A stretch of 64,000 nt of DNA. Origin: a virus. Taxonomy: Duplodnaviria; Caudoviricetes. Shown here piece after piece: positions 61,869 to 64,000 of the stretch. The position numbers and the translations under genes are program-made. Every line of letters begins with the position of its first letter. Positions within the stretch are counted from its first letter, which is position 1. The notes below the pieces were generated by a model. The model had not been told where the DNA came from. It did not search any database and saw nothing but the letters and a program-made list of their open reading frames with translations. The DNA lies in the IMG/VR virus record IMGVR_UViG_3300033463_000025, positions 32,001 through 96,000 of that record; one strand, written 5' to 3'.

Positions 61869-63686
61869 TTATGCAACCGTTTCTTCCAACATGAGCACTT
61901 TGCTTTCGGGAGAAACGATAAAACGCTCACGCTGGGCGAATGTCTGATTGTACGATTCCTCGCCTTCAAATTCATCTATTACTCGGCGTTCTTCTTCGTC
62001 CATAGCTTTGTATGTTTTCTTTCCGTAGGACGGCGGCAACCAGCCCTTCTTCATACAGCCGTAAATGTTAAACTTCTTCAGAACGTCAAGGTCGGTAAAC
62101 TTGATATGAACTGTACCCTTCTTGTACACGTTTACATCGAAATACTTGAAATGCAAATTCTTTGTGGTCTGCGTTTTTTCGTATGCCTCTAACCAATGGT
62201 GAAGGTCGCGCTGAATTTCATTTTCTCCACCATCAAGGAAGTCAAAACACTTTTCAATATCGTCAAGGATTCTGCCGATTTCTCCGTCATAGAAGTTATA
62301 CTTGAATTTACCCCAAATAGAATCCCAACATCTACACCACGGCACAACAACCCTGGGATTGATGATGAAAGCAGAGTTAGATTTCCAACCGCTGAAGTAG
62401 TGAACGTTTCCACTTGCTTCCATTGAATGTTTGTATGTCAGCTTTTCAAAGAGCGATATGATTTTATCCTCGATACCTTGAGCTACAGACTTGAGCATAT
62501 CAATTCTTACAGCGTAGATATTTGACAACGAAAAATCCTTCTTGGCATATTCCTTTATATCGGCAAAATACTGTTCTTTAAGATTGGAAGTAAGATTGCC
62601 GATAAATGCAGGCTTATGTAAAAGCTCATACCAATATTTGTATCTTACGGAATAAACATACTTGTTCCACTCAAAAGCCTTACCTCTTCCGTCTACCAGT
62701 CCGATATGTGCGCCGCGCTTGTATGAAGGCAACTCTTTTTCATCGCTGGCAAAGTATAAAGAAATATGCGGCGATACGGCAAGGTATTCTTCATACAGCC
62801 TCTTCCCCATCGCTATTTCTTTTTTATACATCAGCACAGCTTGACGCATATAATCAGCGGTCACAATTTCAGAAGTGTTATAGTCAGGCTCATCAACAGT
62901 GATTTCCATTTCCTCAAGCTCATCAAGGATTGTGGAATGTGCATTGTTGAACGGCGAAGGAATATCAATACGCACGATTGCACACTCAACATCTGTCTGG
63001 CGTTCAGCCTGTTTGAAAGCACCGCTAACATATTCAATCTCGGCATTGTAGAAGTCGAGCTGTTTCTTCAATTCTTTGCGCCAATTAGAATAGGGATTGT
63101 CAAGAGTCTGACGGTTAAGCAGACAAATAATCTTTCCGCCTGTTTTCTTGGCTACGTTGATTGCGTGAAGAAGATGCTCGTCGCCGTTGCTAAAAGGCGG
63201 ATTCATAATGATTAAGTCGAAGTGTTCATCGCCGTTAAACTCTAAGAAGTCGCTACCAATAACGGTATAATCTTTGTCTTTAAGGATTGCTCTAAGTCCG
63301 TCGTCAACCTCGATACAATTAACGTCTAACTTTTCACATCCCTCACGAATGTCACCAATGAGATAACGCCTTTCATCTTCATCTTGGCTATACTTTCTTT
63401 TGTTATAGTCTGCTATCCATTGAGTAGTCATGTACTTATAAATCATTTCTTCATAAGTAATTTTATAAGCAACATACTCTTCAAAGATAGGGTCTTTATA
63501 ACGATAGCTCCCCATTCTGTGGCTAACGCAGTAACGCATATAGCAAATGAAGTCTGCAATATCACCCTTGCCTGCTGACGGCTCAAGCACACTCTCAATA
63601 TCGGTCAACTTAATGCCTTTAATCATTTCCGCTACAAGTTCTGGCGGAGTCGGATAAAATTCAGTTAATGATTTGTATGTACTCAT
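61869..63686 (-). CDS. N6-adenine methyltransferase with DUF4942-like C-terminal domain
   Basis: FYPTP, LEPSAGKG, IMNPPF, YKKGTVHIKF, WLPPSYG; promoter at 63767-63795. Confidence 0.88.
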   Translation of the reverse strand: MSTYKSLTEFYPTPPELVAEMIKGIKLTDIESVLEPSAGKGDIADFICYMRYCVSHRMGSYRYKDPIFEEYVAYKITYEEMIYKYMTTQWIADYNKRKYSQDEDERRYLIGDIREGCEKLDVNCIEVDDGLRAILKDKDYTVIGSDFLEFNGDEHFDLIIMNPPFSNGDEHLLHAINVAKKTGGKIICLLNRQTLDNPYSNWRKELKKQLDFYNAEIEYVSGAFKQAERQTDVECAIVRIDIPSPFNNAHSTILDELEEMEITVDEPDYNTSEIVTADYMRQAVLMYKKEIAMGKRLYEEYLAVSPHISLYFASDEKELPSYKRGAHIGLVDGRGKAFEWNKYVYSVRYKYWYELLHKPAFIGNLTSNLKEQYFADIKEYAKKDFSLSNIYAVRIDMLKSVAQGIEDKIISLFEKLTYKHSMEASGNVHYFSGWKSNSAFIINPRVVVPWCRCWDSIWGKFKYNFYDGEIGRILDDIEKCFDFLDGGENEIQRDLHHWLEAYEKTQTTKNLHFKYFDVNVYKKGTVHIKFTDLDVLKKFNIYGCMKKGWLPPSYGKKTYKAMDEEERRVIDEFEGEESYNQTFAQRERFIVSPESKVLMLEETVA

Positions 63687-64000
63687 AATCTTTTCTCCTT
63701 TAACATTATTTTATTTGTCTTTTGACTTATGCTGTACGGTATTTTTTAACCTCAACCAACGATATTATTATAGCCGATTTTCGTTAAATTGTCAAGTGAT
63801 TTTACTTTTTTTTATGGTTTTTAATATTGTGGTTTTCTGTTTTAGTAATATAAATAATTATATACATTACTGCCGCAATTTGTATAAAATCGTTTACATT
63901 ATTTTGTTTTGAAAAATGACACCTTTTTGCGGACATCCGCAAATTGGTCTACAAAAATCCCTTGTTTTTCAAAATAAAACCTTTTTGCCAACGCTGGCAA

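Noticed and set aside
680-63912. Most plus-strand and nested ORFs in the track
   Set aside because: Antisense or out-of-frame shadows of well-supported minus-strand genes, without RBS or motifs.
1-64000. Stop-codon reassignment or alternative genetic code
   Set aside because: Long conserved genes are intact in code 11 and no suppressor tRNA was seen.
1-64000. CRISPR array associated with the Cas4-like nuclease
   Set aside because: No regularly spaced repeats found; the nuclease sits in the replication module.

Overview
A 64 kb stretch of a large, low-GC temperate phage, probably of an anaerobic Firmicute (Clostridia-like; inferred from gene content). Nearly all genes are on the minus strand and it covers the non-structural arm; no head or tail module is visible. 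It begins with a tyrosine integrase, an apparently intact attP (tRNA-Cys copy flanked by 11-bp arm repeats) and an excisionase. Next come nucleotide metabolism (dut, NrdH-NrdD-NrdG-FTR, folA, thyA, gmk, NT5C), a replisome (DnaE, Cas4-like nuclease, primase, DnaB, Sak, SSB) and many small hypothetical genes. It also carries a CCA-adding enzyme, five tRNA genes plus an enlarged tRNA-like RNA, an MrpR-like repressor with a dispersed 17-bp motif, an orphan MazF and a second tyrosine recombinase. Three systems stand out. (1) A switchable methylation cassette: four DNA methyltransferases around a SAM synthetase. Three carry a G8 slippage tract (two OFF, one ON; one has duplicated N-termini in two frames). 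The fourth gains an RBS and in-frame ATG only if a segment between 13-bp inverted repeats is flipped. (2) A radical SAM/SPASM enzyme upstream of six small proteins sharing the N-terminal motif MK(I/F)R(T/Q)D(F/Y)VTNSSSSSF with divergent C-termini. (3) A complete compact DGR (64-bp TR/VR, 10 of 10 mismatches at TR adenines) targeting a stand-alone non-tail protein, with an RT that seems to start at ATA. All calls come from reading motifs by eye; no database searches were run.
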